64,000 nucleotides of DNA from an uncultured Acidobacteriota bacterium (lineage in GTDB: Bacteria; Acidobacteriota; Terriglobia; Acidiferrales; UBA7541), in contig CAVRXT010000012.1 of NCBI GenBank assembly GCA_963725285.1, positions 91,265 to 155,264 of the forward strand, written 5' to 3'. Of the stretch, positions 37,807 to 48,744 are shown piece by piece (position 1 is the first letter of the stretch; each line of letters starts with the position of its first letter). Made by a program: the position numbers and the translations under genes. The notes under the pieces are model-generated. The model saw nothing but the letters and a program-made list of their open reading frames with translations. It did not search any database and had not been told where the DNA came from.

Positions 37807-39222
37807 TTGGTGAAGCGCCTCATCCCAGTTTTCGCGCTGCTGTTTCTTGGCACGGCTTTGCCATCGTCCGCTCAAGCGCATCCCGCCACGGACAACGTCG
37901 ATCTAATCGTCTCCGGCGGCACGGTAGTGACCATGGATGCCGCCAGGCGCGTGATCGAAGACGGTGCGGTGGCGGTGAAAGGCGACACCATCGTTGGCGC
38001 CGGTTCGCGCGCGGAAATCGAAGCCCGCTACCACGCCGCAAAGACCATCGACGCGCGCGGAACCATCGTGATGCCCGGGCTGATCGACGCCCACGCCCAC
38101 GCCGCGATGAGCCTGTTTCGAGGCCTGGCGGACGATCTCTCCCTTGACGATTGGCTGCGCAAATATATTTTCCCCGCGGAAGCCAAAAACGTTACCGAGG
38201 ACTTCGTCGTCTGGGGCACTCGCCTCAATATGCTCGAAATGCTGCAAGGCGGGATCACCACGTATGCCGACATGTACTACTTCGAGGATGCGGTAGCGCG
38301 AGTAACCAAGGAAGCCGGTATGCGCGGCGTGCTGGGCGAGACGATCATCGATTTTCCCGCTCCGGACAACAAGACTCGCGAGCAAGCGTTCCGCTATACC
38401 CAGGATTTTCTCGACCGCTGGAAAAACGATCCGCTGATCGTGCCGGCGGTCGCTCCCCACTCGATTTACACCTGTTCGGAGAAAACACTCCAGGATTCCG
38501 CGGCGCTGGCCCGCCGCAATGGCGCCCCGATTCTTATCCACATCGCTGAAGCTCCATTTGAACTGGAACAGAGCCGCGCCAAACACGGACTCACTCCGGT
38601 CGCCTATCTCGGAAGCATCGGCCTGCTCGGCCCGGACGTGGTGGGCGCGCACTGTATTTGGGTGAACAGTGCCGACATCGCCACCCTCGCCCACTACGGT
38701 GTGGGATGCTCGCACAACCCTTCCAGCAACATGAAAACCGCCGCGGGAGTTTCGCCGGTCATGGACATGCTCGCCTTAGGGGTGCACGTAGGCTTGGCCA
38801 CCGACGGAGCGGCCAGCAACAACAATCAGGATATGTTCGAAGAAATGGACCTGGCGGCGAAAATGCAGAAGCTCGCGCACATGGATCCGCGGGTGTTGCC
38901 GGCAAACCAAGTGGTGGAAATGGCCACCATCGAGGGAGCGCGGGCGATCCACATGGAAAAGAAAATCGGATCGCTCGAACCGGGCAAGCAAGCCGATCTG
39001 ATCGTGGTCGAAACCGAGAATGGGCACTCCACCCCGATGTACAACGCATACTCGGCGATCGTCTACGCGCTAAAAGCCTCCGACGTACGCACCGTGCTCA
39101 TTGCCGGGAAGCCGGTAATGGAAGACCGCAAAATGCTCACCCTCGATCCGGCCACCATCCTCGCTAAGGCGCGCGAGTATGCACCCAAGATCGCCGCATC
39201 GGTCAAACCTCCGGCGCCGTGA
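37807..39222 (+). CDS. Secreted amidohydrolase of the chlorohydrolase / MtaD / guanine-deaminase-like family
   Basis: Signal peptide. Metal-binding HAHA near the N-terminus and an HxH...D pattern typical of the family. Confidence 0.7.
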   Translation: MVKRLIPVFALLFLGTALPSSAQAHPATDNVDLIVSGGTVVTMDAARRVIEDGAVAVKGDTIVGAGSRAEIEARYHAAKTIDARGTIVMPGLIDAHAHAAMSLFRGLADDLSLDDWLRKYIFPAEAKNVTEDFVVWGTRLNMLEMLQGGITTYADMYYFEDAVARVTKEAGMRGVLGETIIDFPAPDNKTREQAFRYTQDFLDRWKNDPLIVPAVAPHSIYTCSEKTLQDSAALARRNGAPILIHIAEAPFELEQSRAKHGLTPVAYLGSIGLLGPDVVGAHCIWVNSADIATLAHYGVGCSHNPSSNMKTAAGVSPVMDMLALGVHVGLATDGAASNNNQDMFEEMDLAAKMQKLAHMDPRVLPANQVVEMATIEGARAIHMEKKIGSLEPGKQADLIVVETENGHSTPMYNAYSAIVYALKASDVRTVLIAGKPVMEDRKMLTLDPATILAKAREYAPKIAASVKPPAP

Positions 39223-39279
39223 GCCGGAAGGCGCCTAAGTTTTGAAATATGTAGGACCGCTACCGCGGCCGCCATCCGG

Positions 39280-40257
39280 TTAGGACGGTCGGGTGTTTCG
39301 TTGGCGGTACATTTTGAGTGCGGTGTTGCGCAGAACTTCCGGGATGTTCTTGTTGGTGGTCAACATCTTTAAGTCGGTGGCGGTCAGCCGGGGCAACAAG
39401 TGCATCGTGACGCTCACCGGGGTCTTCGAGTTGTTGATCAACCCTTTCACGATGGTGTAATTCTTCATGAACGATCGGCGAGCCGCGATCACCCGCAGCG
39501 TATCGGTCGAAAGCGTAGTCATCGCTGCGAACGCTTCCACGTCGCGGTCCACCAGCCGGGGCGATTGCAATACCGCGCGCTGCACCATTTTATTCGGATC
39601 GCGAATCAGCGCGTTCCGTTCCTCGCGTCCGCCCTTCAACGCGAGCTGTACCCGCTCCACCACGTTCATCTTGGTGATTCGCTGGAGCAGGGTGGTGCGC
39701 TTCTGGACGTCCGGTTCCGCTGTTTCCAGCGCTTCGGCGAGTATCGCCACATCCACCTCGCCCTTCTCCGTCTCGTGCAGCAATTCCTTCTGCTCCGCGG
39801 TCGCCGCCGGACATGCCGACAGCGCCTTGGCCAGTTCCACGGTGCTGAGCCGGGACAAATCGTCGAGCACCGCCTGCACCCCCGCCTGGGTGAAATGCGG
39901 GGCCAAGCGAATCAATGTTGCGGTGGCGCACTGCGGATTCTTGGCCAGGGAATCCGCGATGGAAGGTTTATCTCCTCGGTGCTCGGCGCAGTATTGCACC
40001 AGGCGAGAATCGGCATCCGAGCGCGTTATCGCCGCCACGATGGCTTCGTCGGGCTGTTTCTCAAAGGCAGCGGTGGCGCGTTCAGCAATCGCCGAGTTTG
40101 AATCGGCGGTGAGGATAGCCAGAATTTCGACAAAATCTTCTGGGGATAAAGGTGCCTCGCCGGCGCAGACCGCAATCTTATCCTGGCGTGCCGCCGAGCC
40201 CGCGCGAATCTCTCTGCGAAGGTCGGATTGAACACCGCTTGCTTGTTCGACAGTCAC
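39280..40257 (-). CDS. Hypothetical alpha-helical repeat protein
   Basis: 325 aa. No family assignment. Confidence 0.45.
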   Translation of the reverse strand: MTVEQASGVQSDLRREIRAGSAARQDKIAVCAGEAPLSPEDFVEILAILTADSNSAIAERATAAFEKQPDEAIVAAITRSDADSRLVQYCAEHRGDKPSIADSLAKNPQCATATLIRLAPHFTQAGVQAVLDDLSRLSTVELAKALSACPAATAEQKELLHETEKGEVDVAILAEALETAEPDVQKRTTLLQRITKMNVVERVQLALKGGREERNALIRDPNKMVQRAVLQSPRLVDRDVEAFAAMTTLSTDTLRVIAARRSFMKNYTIVKGLINNSKTPVSVTMHLLPRLTATDLKMLTTNKNIPEVLRNTALKMYRQRNTRPS

Positions 40258-40264
40258 TTCGGAG

Positions 40265-41233
40265 CTAATGGGGCCCTCCCGCAGATTTTTTTAAGCTGTC
40301 TTGGTTGAGCGTAACGTTCCAGCGTCCACTGGACGCCTTGAGCGGCGGCTGCACTTGGCCATTCAGTTCCAGCCGCACCGCGCCTGGATCCTTGGCGGCC
40401 ACATCGAAATGATCGTTGGCCTGGAAGGTCCGCGTATCTCCGGGACTCAGACTTCGCGACACCAGAACGCGGCCGTCGCCATTTACCATCACCTTGGTTT
40501 TCTTGATGACTTCCAGCTTAAGCGCAAGAGTTCCGACCGACGCTGCGGCCGCAGTAGGCGTGGTCCCATTGGCGGCCGAACCGGCTCGAGCAGGCACGGG
40601 CGCGCCCAGCGCTGGCACAGCCGCGCCGGGCGCCGGTCTGGATGTCGATGCCGGGGACGACGCAGGGGCCGTCGACTTCACGGCCGGCTTTTTCGCCTCC
40701 GCGGCGGCCGGGATCGTTGCCGGCGCAGCAGCCGGATCTTTCGCGACGAATGCTGGCGAGACATCCGATGAAGGCAGCGCCGGCATCGCCAATGGTTCGG
40801 CCGCCGCTGCGTGCGCCGACCTGGATTTCAGCCAATTGGCCACCCGTGGCCGCAACATATGCACACTCACGCCGAACAAGATCAGAGCAACCACGCACCC
40901 ACCCACAAACAAATAGAGCGGAGTAAGATCCCTCGGGGGTGGGTCGTCGGCCTTCGGCGGCGGCGCCGCGGCTTCCCGAGCGGGACGCGACGCCAGCTCA
41001 TACTCAGCCAGCATGTCGTCTTCGCCCAACCCTAGAAATCGTGCAATCGCGCGGACGTATCCACGATTAAAGACGCCGCCCGGCAGCAGTTCCCACTGTT
41101 CCGATTCGATGGCGTCCAGGTATCGAGGAGGAATGCGGGTGGCCACCGAAACCTCTTCCAACGACACGCCACGCAGCTCGCGCTCGCGCCTTAAATGCTC
41201 TCCAAAGAGGGCCTCTTGGACCTGGATGGGCAT
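40265..41233 (-). CDS. RodZ-like cytoskeleton protein (XRE-type HTH, TM and DUF4115)
   Basis: The HTH is LRRERELRGVSLEEVSVATRIPPRYLDAIE. A single TM and a Pro/Ala-rich linker precede the conserved C-terminal domain. Confidence 0.6.
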   Translation of the reverse strand: MPIQVQEALFGEHLRRERELRGVSLEEVSVATRIPPRYLDAIESEQWELLPGGVFNRGYVRAIARFLGLGEDDMLAEYELASRPAREAAAPPPKADDPPPRDLTPLYLFVGGCVVALILFGVSVHMLRPRVANWLKSRSAHAAAAEPLAMPALPSSDVSPAFVAKDPAAAPATIPAAAEAKKPAVKSTAPASSPASTSRPAPGAAVPALGAPVPARAGSAANGTTPTAAAASVGTLALKLEVIKKTKVMVNGDGRVLVSRSLSPGDTRTFQANDHFDVAAKDPGAVRLELNGQVQPPLKASSGRWNVTLNQDSLKKSAGGPH

Positions 41234-41481
41234 CATTAAAAATATAGGCGGGCCGGTGGTGCGAGTCAAATGCGTGTATTCAGGTCATTACCAGATCATA
41301 ACCCTCTCACCCCTGCACCCGGCTGAAACGGCAGGCCTTGCAAACCTCTGTGTGGTTGGCGTTTCCGGCAAGTCCGCCGCCGGAATGGTTGCAGCCGGGT
41401 CGAGCGGTTCACTATAATCCAAAGGCTATCTTTGTGCCCCGGGAGTGGTGTCCAGGCCTAGGGCAAGGTATCCGAGGTCAC

Positions 41482-42588
41482 ATGCACGACGTGGCTGAAA
41501 CCAAACAGTTTGCGGGCGTTGATCGTCGCCGCAAGACCCCGGCGGATGCCGGCGAATCCCATGAAATCAGCGAACTCTCGGTCTTTCATGAACTGGGAAA
41601 GGCCCTCACTTCGTCCCTGCAACTCGACCAAGTCCTGCATACCATCATGGAAAAGATCGAAGAGGTGTTGCACCCAGACACCTGGTCGCTCCTGCTGATG
41701 GATCCCGAACGCAACGACCTCTACTTCGAGATCGCCACCGGGCAGGGCGCCGAAGCGCTCAAGGAAGTTCGCATACCCTTGGGCAAGGGGATTGCCGGCT
41801 GGGTGGCCCAGAGCGGCGAAGCGATCGTGGTCCCGGATACCTCCAAGGACTCGCGGTTTTTCCCGCAGATGGACGAAAAGACGAAAATGGAAACGCGTTC
41901 GATCGTCGCAGTTCCGGTGCGCGTTCGCGACCAGTGCCTCGGGGTGATCGAGCTGCTCAACTGCGTGGGCGAAGAAGGCTTCAGCGCGCGAGATTTGGCG
42001 TTGCTCGAGGCGCTGGCGGACTACGCGGCGATCGCCCTTGAAAATGCGCGCCACGTGCATCGCATCCACGAGTTAACCATCACCGATGATTGCACCACGT
42101 TGTACAACGCGCGCCATCTGAACTACATGCTGGACACCGAGATTTACCGCTCGCAGCGCTACTCTTTCGAGTTTTCCCTGATCTTTATCGATCTGGACCA
42201 CTTCAAGAACGTGAACGATACCCATGGCCACTTGTGCGGTTCGAAACTGCTCGCGGAAATCGGTAACTTGATTAAAGACGGCTTGCGACAGAGCGACATG
42301 GCCTTTCGCTACGGCGGAGACGAATTCGTCATCCTGCTTCCGCAGACTTCGCGCGACAATGCCTGTCTGGTGGCGCGACGCCTGCACCGCCAAATCAAAG
42401 ATGCGGTCTGGCTGAAGGACGAAAAGCTGAATATCCGGATCACCTCCAGCGTGGGCGTTGCCTCCTACCCCGCCGACTCCAAGATTAAAGCTGACCTGCT
42501 GCACCTCGCCGACGAAGCCATGTATTCGGTCAAGAATTCCACCCGCGACAGCGTCTCCGCGGTCGCCGGCGTAGTCCTCCCCCAGTAG
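41482..42588 (+). CDS. GAF-domain diguanylate cyclase (GGDEF)
   Basis: GAF region, then RYGGDEF and DxLT motifs. Confidence 0.85.
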   Translation: MHDVAETKQFAGVDRRRKTPADAGESHEISELSVFHELGKALTSSLQLDQVLHTIMEKIEEVLHPDTWSLLLMDPERNDLYFEIATGQGAEALKEVRIPLGKGIAGWVAQSGEAIVVPDTSKDSRFFPQMDEKTKMETRSIVAVPVRVRDQCLGVIELLNCVGEEGFSARDLALLEALADYAAIALENARHVHRIHELTITDDCTTLYNARHLNYMLDTEIYRSQRYSFEFSLIFIDLDHFKNVNDTHGHLCGSKLLAEIGNLIKDGLRQSDMAFRYGGDEFVILLPQTSRDNACLVARRLHRQIKDAVWLKDEKLNIRITSSVGVASYPADSKIKADLLHLADEAMYSVKNSTRDSVSAVAGVVLPQ

Positions 42589-42878
42589 CTCGGGCAAGAC
42601 CTCGGATCCGGATCGCTAGACCCCCGGTGACGCCCCTTCGGAATCCCCCCAAAGCGCAAGAACAGGTATTCGCAGGTGTGGTTGAACTGCGGCCAGGGTG
42701 AACTTGCGGGGACCCGCAGGACAGCATTGTATATTGGATACAATGTAGTATCATGCCCGCCAATTGGCTGCGCACCGCAGCGATAACTCTTGCTGTCAGA
42801 CGGACTTGGGTCCTTACGCTTCGGCGCATGCGGCCCGCTAACGCGTCCAGCCAATGCGCGTGATGGAGGAACCACCCG

Positions 42879-44675
42879 ATGTTCAAAATCGTCAGAGATC
42901 AGCTGACGGCGGCGCTGGTTGCCTTGGCAATGGCCTGTGCTCCGATCGCCGCGGCAACCGACAGTGATGTGGACAATTCAACGAGTGCGGTACGCCCGCT
43001 GATCGAGCGTTACACCGCGGATCGCCGAACCCTTTCGCGCGTCTACGATACGCCGCTGTCGGTTGCAGACGAAAAACGCTTTGCGGATTTCTATAACGCC
43101 TGGATTGACCAGCTCGGGGAGATCAACTTCGACCAAATGGACCAGGAAAGTAAGGTCGACTACCTGGTCTTTGACAATCATCTGCGCGATCAGGTGCGTT
43201 TGTTGGACCAGCGCGAAAAGCAGGAAGCGGAAATGGAAAAACTCCTTCCGTTCGCGAAGACCATTGTCGGCCTCGACGAAGCGCGGCGGCGTATGGAGCC
43301 GCCCAAGCCCCAGCAGGCCGCTGCCGCTTTGACCGAGATGTTGGCGGAGATCGCCCAGACCCGCGAAGCGGCGGAAGCGGGACTGGCGAGGGAAGGAAAT
43401 GAGAAACCGAAAGGAGCGTCCACCACACCAGCGATTCATGTGAACCGAACGGTGGCCAGCCGAACCGCAATCACCGTTGGCCACTTGCGCGAAAACCTAA
43501 AGAGGTGGTTCGACTACTACCATGGCTACGATCCGCTGATCACCTGGTGGGTGACGGAGCCCTACAAAGCGGCGGACCAGGCCCTGGAGTCCTATGAAAA
43601 TTTCGTGAAAGAAAAGCTGGTGGGCATCAAGGCCGACGACAAGAAGACCATCATCGGCGATCCCGCAGGACGCGCGGCGCTGCAGGCCGAGCTGGCCGCG
43701 GCGATGATTCCCTACACTCCGGAAGAGCTGATCGCACTGGCGAAAAACGAATTGGCATGGTGCACCCGAGAGATGCTTCGCGCCTCTCACGACATGGGCT
43801 ACGGCGACGACTGGCACAAAGCGCTGGAGCACGTGAAGGATATGTACGTGCCGCCAGGCGAGCAGCCCGAAGCGATCCGCAAGCTGGCGGTGGAAGGCAT
43901 CGACTACGTGGAGTCGCACCACCTGGTGACCGTGCCGCCGCTGGCGAAAGAATCCTGGCGGATGGAGATGATGACCCCCGAGCGGCAATTGGTGAACCCT
44001 TTTTTCACCGGCGGGGAAGTAATCAGCGTGTCGTATCCCACCGATACGATGACTTTTGAAGAGCGCATGATGAGCATGCGAGGCAACAACATTCCCTTTT
44101 CGCGTTCGACCGTATTTCACGAGCTGATCCCCGGTCATTGGCTGCAGCAGTTTATGAACGAACGTTATCGCACTTACCGGCGTCCGTTCAGCACCGCCTT
44201 CTGGAGCGAGGGCAACGCGTTCTATTGGGAAATGCTGCTGTGGGACATGGGATTTCCCCGAACACCGGAAGAGCGGGCGGGAATGTTGTTCTGGCGCATG
44301 CATCGCTGCGCGCGCATTATTTTCTCGTTGAGCTTTCACCTGGGATTGTGGACCCCGGAGCAGTGCGTGGACTTTCTGGTGAAGGACGTGGGGCACGAAA
44401 TGGACAACGCGACCGCGGAGGTCCGGCGGTCTTTCAACGGGTCGGTGCCGCCGCTGTATCAGTGCGCATACATGCTGGGAGGCCTGCAGTTCCGGGCAAT
44501 GCATAAGGAGTTGGTGGAATCTGGCAAGATGACCGATCGCGAGTTTCACGACGCGATTCTGCAGGAGGGCGAAATGCCGCTGGAAATGCTTCGAGCGATT
44601 TTGACCAACCAGAAATTGTCCCGGGATTTTCATAGCAGCTGGAAGTTTTACGAGGAAATCGCGGCCAAGCCATGA
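42879..44675 (+). CDS. DUF885-family secreted protein
   Basis: Signal peptide and the conserved HELIPGHWLQ motif. Confidence 0.65.
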   Translation: MFKIVRDQLTAALVALAMACAPIAAATDSDVDNSTSAVRPLIERYTADRRTLSRVYDTPLSVADEKRFADFYNAWIDQLGEINFDQMDQESKVDYLVFDNHLRDQVRLLDQREKQEAEMEKLLPFAKTIVGLDEARRRMEPPKPQQAAAALTEMLAEIAQTREAAEAGLAREGNEKPKGASTTPAIHVNRTVASRTAITVGHLRENLKRWFDYYHGYDPLITWWVTEPYKAADQALESYENFVKEKLVGIKADDKKTIIGDPAGRAALQAELAAAMIPYTPEELIALAKNELAWCTREMLRASHDMGYGDDWHKALEHVKDMYVPPGEQPEAIRKLAVEGIDYVESHHLVTVPPLAKESWRMEMMTPERQLVNPFFTGGEVISVSYPTDTMTFEERMMSMRGNNIPFSRSTVFHELIPGHWLQQFMNERYRTYRRPFSTAFWSEGNAFYWEMLLWDMGFPRTPEERAGMLFWRMHRCARIIFSLSFHLGLWTPEQCVDFLVKDVGHEMDNATAEVRRSFNGSVPPLYQCAYMLGGLQFRAMHKELVESGKMTDREFHDAILQEGEMPLEMLRAILTNQKLSRDFHSSWKFYEEIAAKP

Positions 44676-44732
44676 GCCAAACAGCGTCTTGGGCTCGATA
44701 ACGAAATGTTCCGCAAGCACAGGAGGAAGAAT

Positions 44733-45563
44733 ATGCGCGTAGGGTTGCGGATTCTTGCATTCGCGATGCTGGCTTCAATTGCGGTAGCCGCGGGAGCGCA
44801 GCAACAGCCGTCTTCTCGATGGATGGACGATCTGAACTGGAAGGAGTTTCAGCAGCTCGTTCCGGGAAAGATCAAAACGGTAATTCTCACTGTGGGTACC
44901 GAGGAAGCGCACGGATTCATCAACAATGGTGCCGACAACACCGTGCCGATTGCCATCGCTAACGCCATCGCGCCGGATGTGAACGCGCTCATCGCGCCCC
45001 ATATTCCTTACGGCATTACCGACATATTGGCGCCTTATCCCGGCAGTCTGCATATACCCGAGGACGCCTTTCGGATTTACGTCCGGGCGGTTCTGGTGGG
45101 GCTGGTGGACAACGGGTTCAAGAACATTGTGATTCTGAACGGGCACGGACCGCAGGTAGGAGTGCTGCAGCAACTGAGCAACGAGATCGCGCTGCAATAC
45201 AAGGTCAATACGCTGCTGATTAACTGGTGGATCTTGTGCAGCGACGTGACCAAAGAAGTTTTTGGTGAAGACGGCGGGCACGCCACCAATGATGAAACCG
45301 CGATGGTCCAGGCGGCGAATCCAAAACTCGTGCATTGGGACCTTTTCACCGGCCAAGATATGGCCACCGCGCTTCCCTCGCCAGGGGATGGCTGGTCGGC
45401 GACCCCGTTTCCCTCTACCATCCTTCAGTACACCCAGGGGCAAGGGTTGCCGAAAGACAAAAGTCAGGCCAAGGCCGACGCGTACTTCCAGAAAGTGGTC
45501 GACAAAATCAGGGCGCTGACCCAGGACACGCTGCACAAGTGGGAACGGGCCGGCTTCCACTAG
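44733..45563 (+). CDS. Creatininase-family amidohydrolase, secreted
   Basis: PF02633-like ILTVGTEEAHG motif with a signal peptide. Confidence 0.7.
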   Translation: MRVGLRILAFAMLASIAVAAGAQQQPSSRWMDDLNWKEFQQLVPGKIKTVILTVGTEEAHGFINNGADNTVPIAIANAIAPDVNALIAPHIPYGITDILAPYPGSLHIPEDAFRIYVRAVLVGLVDNGFKNIVILNGHGPQVGVLQQLSNEIALQYKVNTLLINWWILCSDVTKEVFGEDGGHATNDETAMVQAANPKLVHWDLFTGQDMATALPSPGDGWSATPFPSTILQYTQGQGLPKDKSQAKADAYFQKVVDKIRALTQDTLHKWERAGFH

Positions 45564-45599
45564 AGCCATCGTGGCGCACGGTTTTCGGAGGAGAACGAT

Positions 45600-46664
45600 T
45601 TGCAGTTCGCGCGAATGATTTCCGCGGTGGACGCGCATGCCTGCGGCGAGCCCGGGCGGGTGATCGTTGGCGGCGTGCTCGACGTTCCCGGCCAGACCAT
45701 GTTTGAAAAGATGAAGTATTTCGAAACCCAGACCGACGACCTGCGAAAGCTAATGCTGCGCGAGCCGCGAGGCTATCCGGCGTCCAACTGCAATCTGATT
45801 CTCCCGCCCACCCATCCCGAAGCGGACGCGGGATTCATCATTATGGAGCAGACGGAATATCCGCCGATGTCTGGGACCAACACCATCTGCGTGGTGACCG
45901 TGCTGTTGGAAACGGGAATGATTCCGATCCGTGGGCCGGTGATGACCGTCAAGCTCGATACACCCGCAGGACTGGTGGAGGTGCAAGCGGTCATAACCAA
46001 TGGAAAAGTGACCCAAGTCACTTTTCAGAATGTGCCGGCATTCGCCGTTCATCTCGATCGGGCAGTCGAAGTGCCGAACCTGGGGACGGTGAAGGTCGAC
46101 GTCGCGTATGGAGGGATGTTCTACGCGATCGCCGAAGCCGCACCGCTGGGCTTTCGGCTGACGCCGGACGAGGCTCGCGAGATCGTTCGCGCCGGCGAAA
46201 TGATCAAAGCGGCGGCGAACGAGCAGTTACCTGTAAAACATCCGGACAACGCAGAGATCTCGGGAATTACCATCGCGCAGCTATCCGCTCGGTCCCCGAA
46301 TCCTGGAGTGCATCGCCGGAACACGGTAATCGTTTCCACAGGAAAGCTGGATTGGAATCGGCCGGCATCCTGGACCGGTGTGCTGGATCGCTCGCCCTGC
46401 GGCACCGGAACGTGCGCAAAGATGGCCACGCTGCACGCCAAGGGCCTTCTGCCGCTGCACCAGGATTTTGTCCATGAAGGAATTCTGGGCACTGCATTCA
46501 CGGGCCGCCTGATCGGCGAGACGCGGGTGGGCCCGCACCCGGCGGTGGTTCCGACGATTAGCGGGCGGGCCTGGATCACCGGAATCGCGAACTATGTATT
46601 GGATAGTGATGATCCATTCCCGGCCGGATTTACCCTCGGAGATATCTGGGCATCGTCAGGGTGA
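45600..46664 (+). CDS. Proline racemase family protein. The Ser/Cys catalytic pair suggests a trans-3-hydroxy-L-proline dehydratase-type rather than a racemase.
   Basis: The first catalytic motif reads MSGTNT, with Ser where racemases have Cys. The second reads SPCGTGTCA and keeps the Cys. Confidence 0.75.
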   Translation: MQFARMISAVDAHACGEPGRVIVGGVLDVPGQTMFEKMKYFETQTDDLRKLMLREPRGYPASNCNLILPPTHPEADAGFIIMEQTEYPPMSGTNTICVVTVLLETGMIPIRGPVMTVKLDTPAGLVEVQAVITNGKVTQVTFQNVPAFAVHLDRAVEVPNLGTVKVDVAYGGMFYAIAEAAPLGFRLTPDEAREIVRAGEMIKAAANEQLPVKHPDNAEISGITIAQLSARSPNPGVHRRNTVIVSTGKLDWNRPASWTGVLDRSPCGTGTCAKMATLHAKGLLPLHQDFVHEGILGTAFTGRLIGETRVGPHPAVVPTISGRAWITGIANYVLDSDDPFPAGFTLGDIWASSG

Positions 46665-46806
46665 ACGCGAGAAACGGCAGGTCGGCGGTACGGTAAAAGC
46701 GCTTTGGTCTCGGGGGCGCCCACGGTTCTCAGTCAAGACGGCAGGGTTCCGATCTTTCTTAGCGGCTGAGCCAGCAGCAGCTTGGCCCTGGAGGCATCAA
46801 GAGATC

Positions 46807-48612
46807 ATGACAACCAACATGTCTCGCCGGGAGTTGTTGAAAGGCGCTGCCGGCGCATCGGTGGTCGCACTCACTGGAATTTCCGCACCGGCGGAGGCCC
46901 CAGCGAAAGCGAGCGTTTCTGCAGACAGCAGCCCGATTCTTGCTTTGACGTCCACCAGTGAAGTGATCATTCCTCCGCGGGGCGCTAGCTTTATGAAGTT
47001 CAGTTATGACTTTCCCGAGCCGGCCATCGAAATCGCGGGATTGCGCTTCTCGTTTCGCCTGCATACTTTCGAAAACACCTACGGCTTGGACCGCGATTCG
47101 ATGAAGGTCGAAGCGACCCCTGACGGCATCGAGCTTACTTGCGCGCAACTCGTCTGGGCGGGAGGACAACTGACGGCTCCAGGGACATTGCGAGCGCGCT
47201 TCCGCCAAAATGGAGGTCGCGTCGAATGGACTGCGGTGGCCGAGATGCCGCAGCCGATTAAATCGTTGGTGGCCATCGTTCGCGGCGTCCCGCGGGGCAA
47301 AATTTCGTCCGGAGGCATTGCATTCTTCGATCCCCACGACGATGAAGTTCTGCTGGGGTATCCGTTTGGGGCCGGTTCACTTTTTCTGGAACGAGGCATG
47401 GCGCGGATGATGAATACGCCGCTGGCGGTTGTACAGAGCGGGGATGGTGAGTTCTTTTCGCTTGCGGCGCAATGCGATAGTGTGCGGGCCAATCGCTTCT
47501 ATTTTCAGCCGGGAGAAAAAGGCTATCGGGTGGAGATGGTCTACGAGCAGGCGGGTTGGATCAAGAGTCCGAAACTGGAGGGCCCGGGGTGGTCTGCGTC
47601 ACGGGCAAGCAACATGGAAGGCGCATGCGCTGCGCATTTTGCGCACGTCGAGAAAGCCTTCCACGTGCCCAACTGGGAGACCCGCTCGGACGTGGCGCCT
47701 TGGTGCCATGACGCCGCCTTAGCGATCAACCTGCACGGCATGCATTGGACCGGATACATCTTCAACGACTACGCCAAGATGCTCAAGATTCTACAATGGG
47801 TGAACACCCAGATTCCCGGGCGCAATGTATTTGTTTTGTTACCGGCTTGGGATGGCCGCTTCTATTGGAATTATCCCCTTTATAAAACGGATCCTCGCAT
47901 GGGCGGGGACGAAGGATTCGGGCGGCTCATCCACGAGGGGCAAAAGATGGGCTTCCATTTCATGCCGATGTTCGGGACCAATTGCGCGAACAATCGACAT
48001 CCCGAGTTTTCCAAGTTTGCCGATGCCACTATGTCCCAGATCGACGGAGACCACTTCGACCTGAATTGGGTGGATTGGGACAACGATCGTCACATGGAGG
48101 GCTGGAGTCCGTACATGAATGTCGGTGTGGATTCCTGGCGGAACTGGCTGTTCGCGAGCATCTCCGAAACAATTGACCGTTTCCGGCTAGATGGCTATTT
48201 CCTCGATATAGTGGGCGGTTGGGAAAACAACACCAAGGCCGACTCCCACGAAGGCACGCGTCGCCTGGTCGCAGACCTGCGCGAGAAATATCCCAAGGTG
48301 ATGGTATTCGGTGAGATGCACTACGACGCCTTGATGTCGTTCATCCCAGTTTTTCACGTGCAAAGTGAATCCGCCTACCGGCCGGCTTACACCAAGTATT
48401 GCCGGGCATTCCAGCACCTGAGCCATCCCGCGCCGGGCCGAGGCAGCAGCGGTCTGCATGAATCTGGCTTTGCGCGCTTTGATCCCAAAATTGTTCCGGC
48501 CGAGACACTGATAATTCCGACGATTACTGTGGTCGACGACACTTTCGATCGATATCGCGATGTCATGTCCGACCTAATTCAGCAGGCTCGTCAACGGGCC
48601 GGAATCGCCTGA
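46807..48612 (+). CDS. TAT-secreted hypothetical protein (possible TIM-barrel hydrolase)
   Basis: Twin-arginine motif [20 protein letters not shown] precedes ATG 46807. Confidence 0.5.
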   Translation: MTTNMSRRELLKGAAGASVVALTGISAPAEAPAKASVSADSSPILALTSTSEVIIPPRGASFMKFSYDFPEPAIEIAGLRFSFRLHTFENTYGLDRDSMKVEATPDGIELTCAQLVWAGGQLTAPGTLRARFRQNGGRVEWTAVAEMPQPIKSLVAIVRGVPRGKISSGGIAFFDPHDDEVLLGYPFGAGSLFLERGMARMMNTPLAVVQSGDGEFFSLAAQCDSVRANRFYFQPGEKGYRVEMVYEQAGWIKSPKLEGPGWSASRASNMEGACAAHFAHVEKAFHVPNWETRSDVAPWCHDAALAINLHGMHWTGYIFNDYAKMLKILQWVNTQIPGRNVFVLLPAWDGRFYWNYPLYKTDPRMGGDEGFGRLIHEGQKMGFHFMPMFGTNCANNRHPEFSKFADATMSQIDGDHFDLNWVDWDNDRHMEGWSPYMNVGVDSWRNWLFASISETIDRFRLDGYFLDIVGGWENNTKADSHEGTRRLVADLREKYPKVMVFGEMHYDALMSFIPVFHVQSESAYRPAYTKYCRAFQHLSHPAPGRGSSGLHESGFARFDPKIVPAETLIIPTITVVDDTFDRYRDVMSDLIQQARQRAGIA

Positions 48613-48679
48613 GCAGAGGCCGGCACACGCATCTCAGGGCGCCGCAGGCGGATGTTCGTCTGGAATTCTAGCCGGAATG

Positions 48680-48722
48680 AAAAACGGCAGGGGAAAGGAG
48701 GGGTGGAGTCCTTTCCCTGCCG
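48680..48722 (-). terminator. Rho-independent terminator for the TonB-receptor gene, shared with the convergent upstream gene
   Basis: ~13-bp GC-rich stem CGGCAGGGGAAAGG / CCTTTCCCTGCCG with an 11-nt loop. The minus strand has a U-tract (TTTTT) immediately after it. Confidence 0.5.
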
Positions 48723-48744
48723 TCCTCTCACTTCAACTGCAAAG

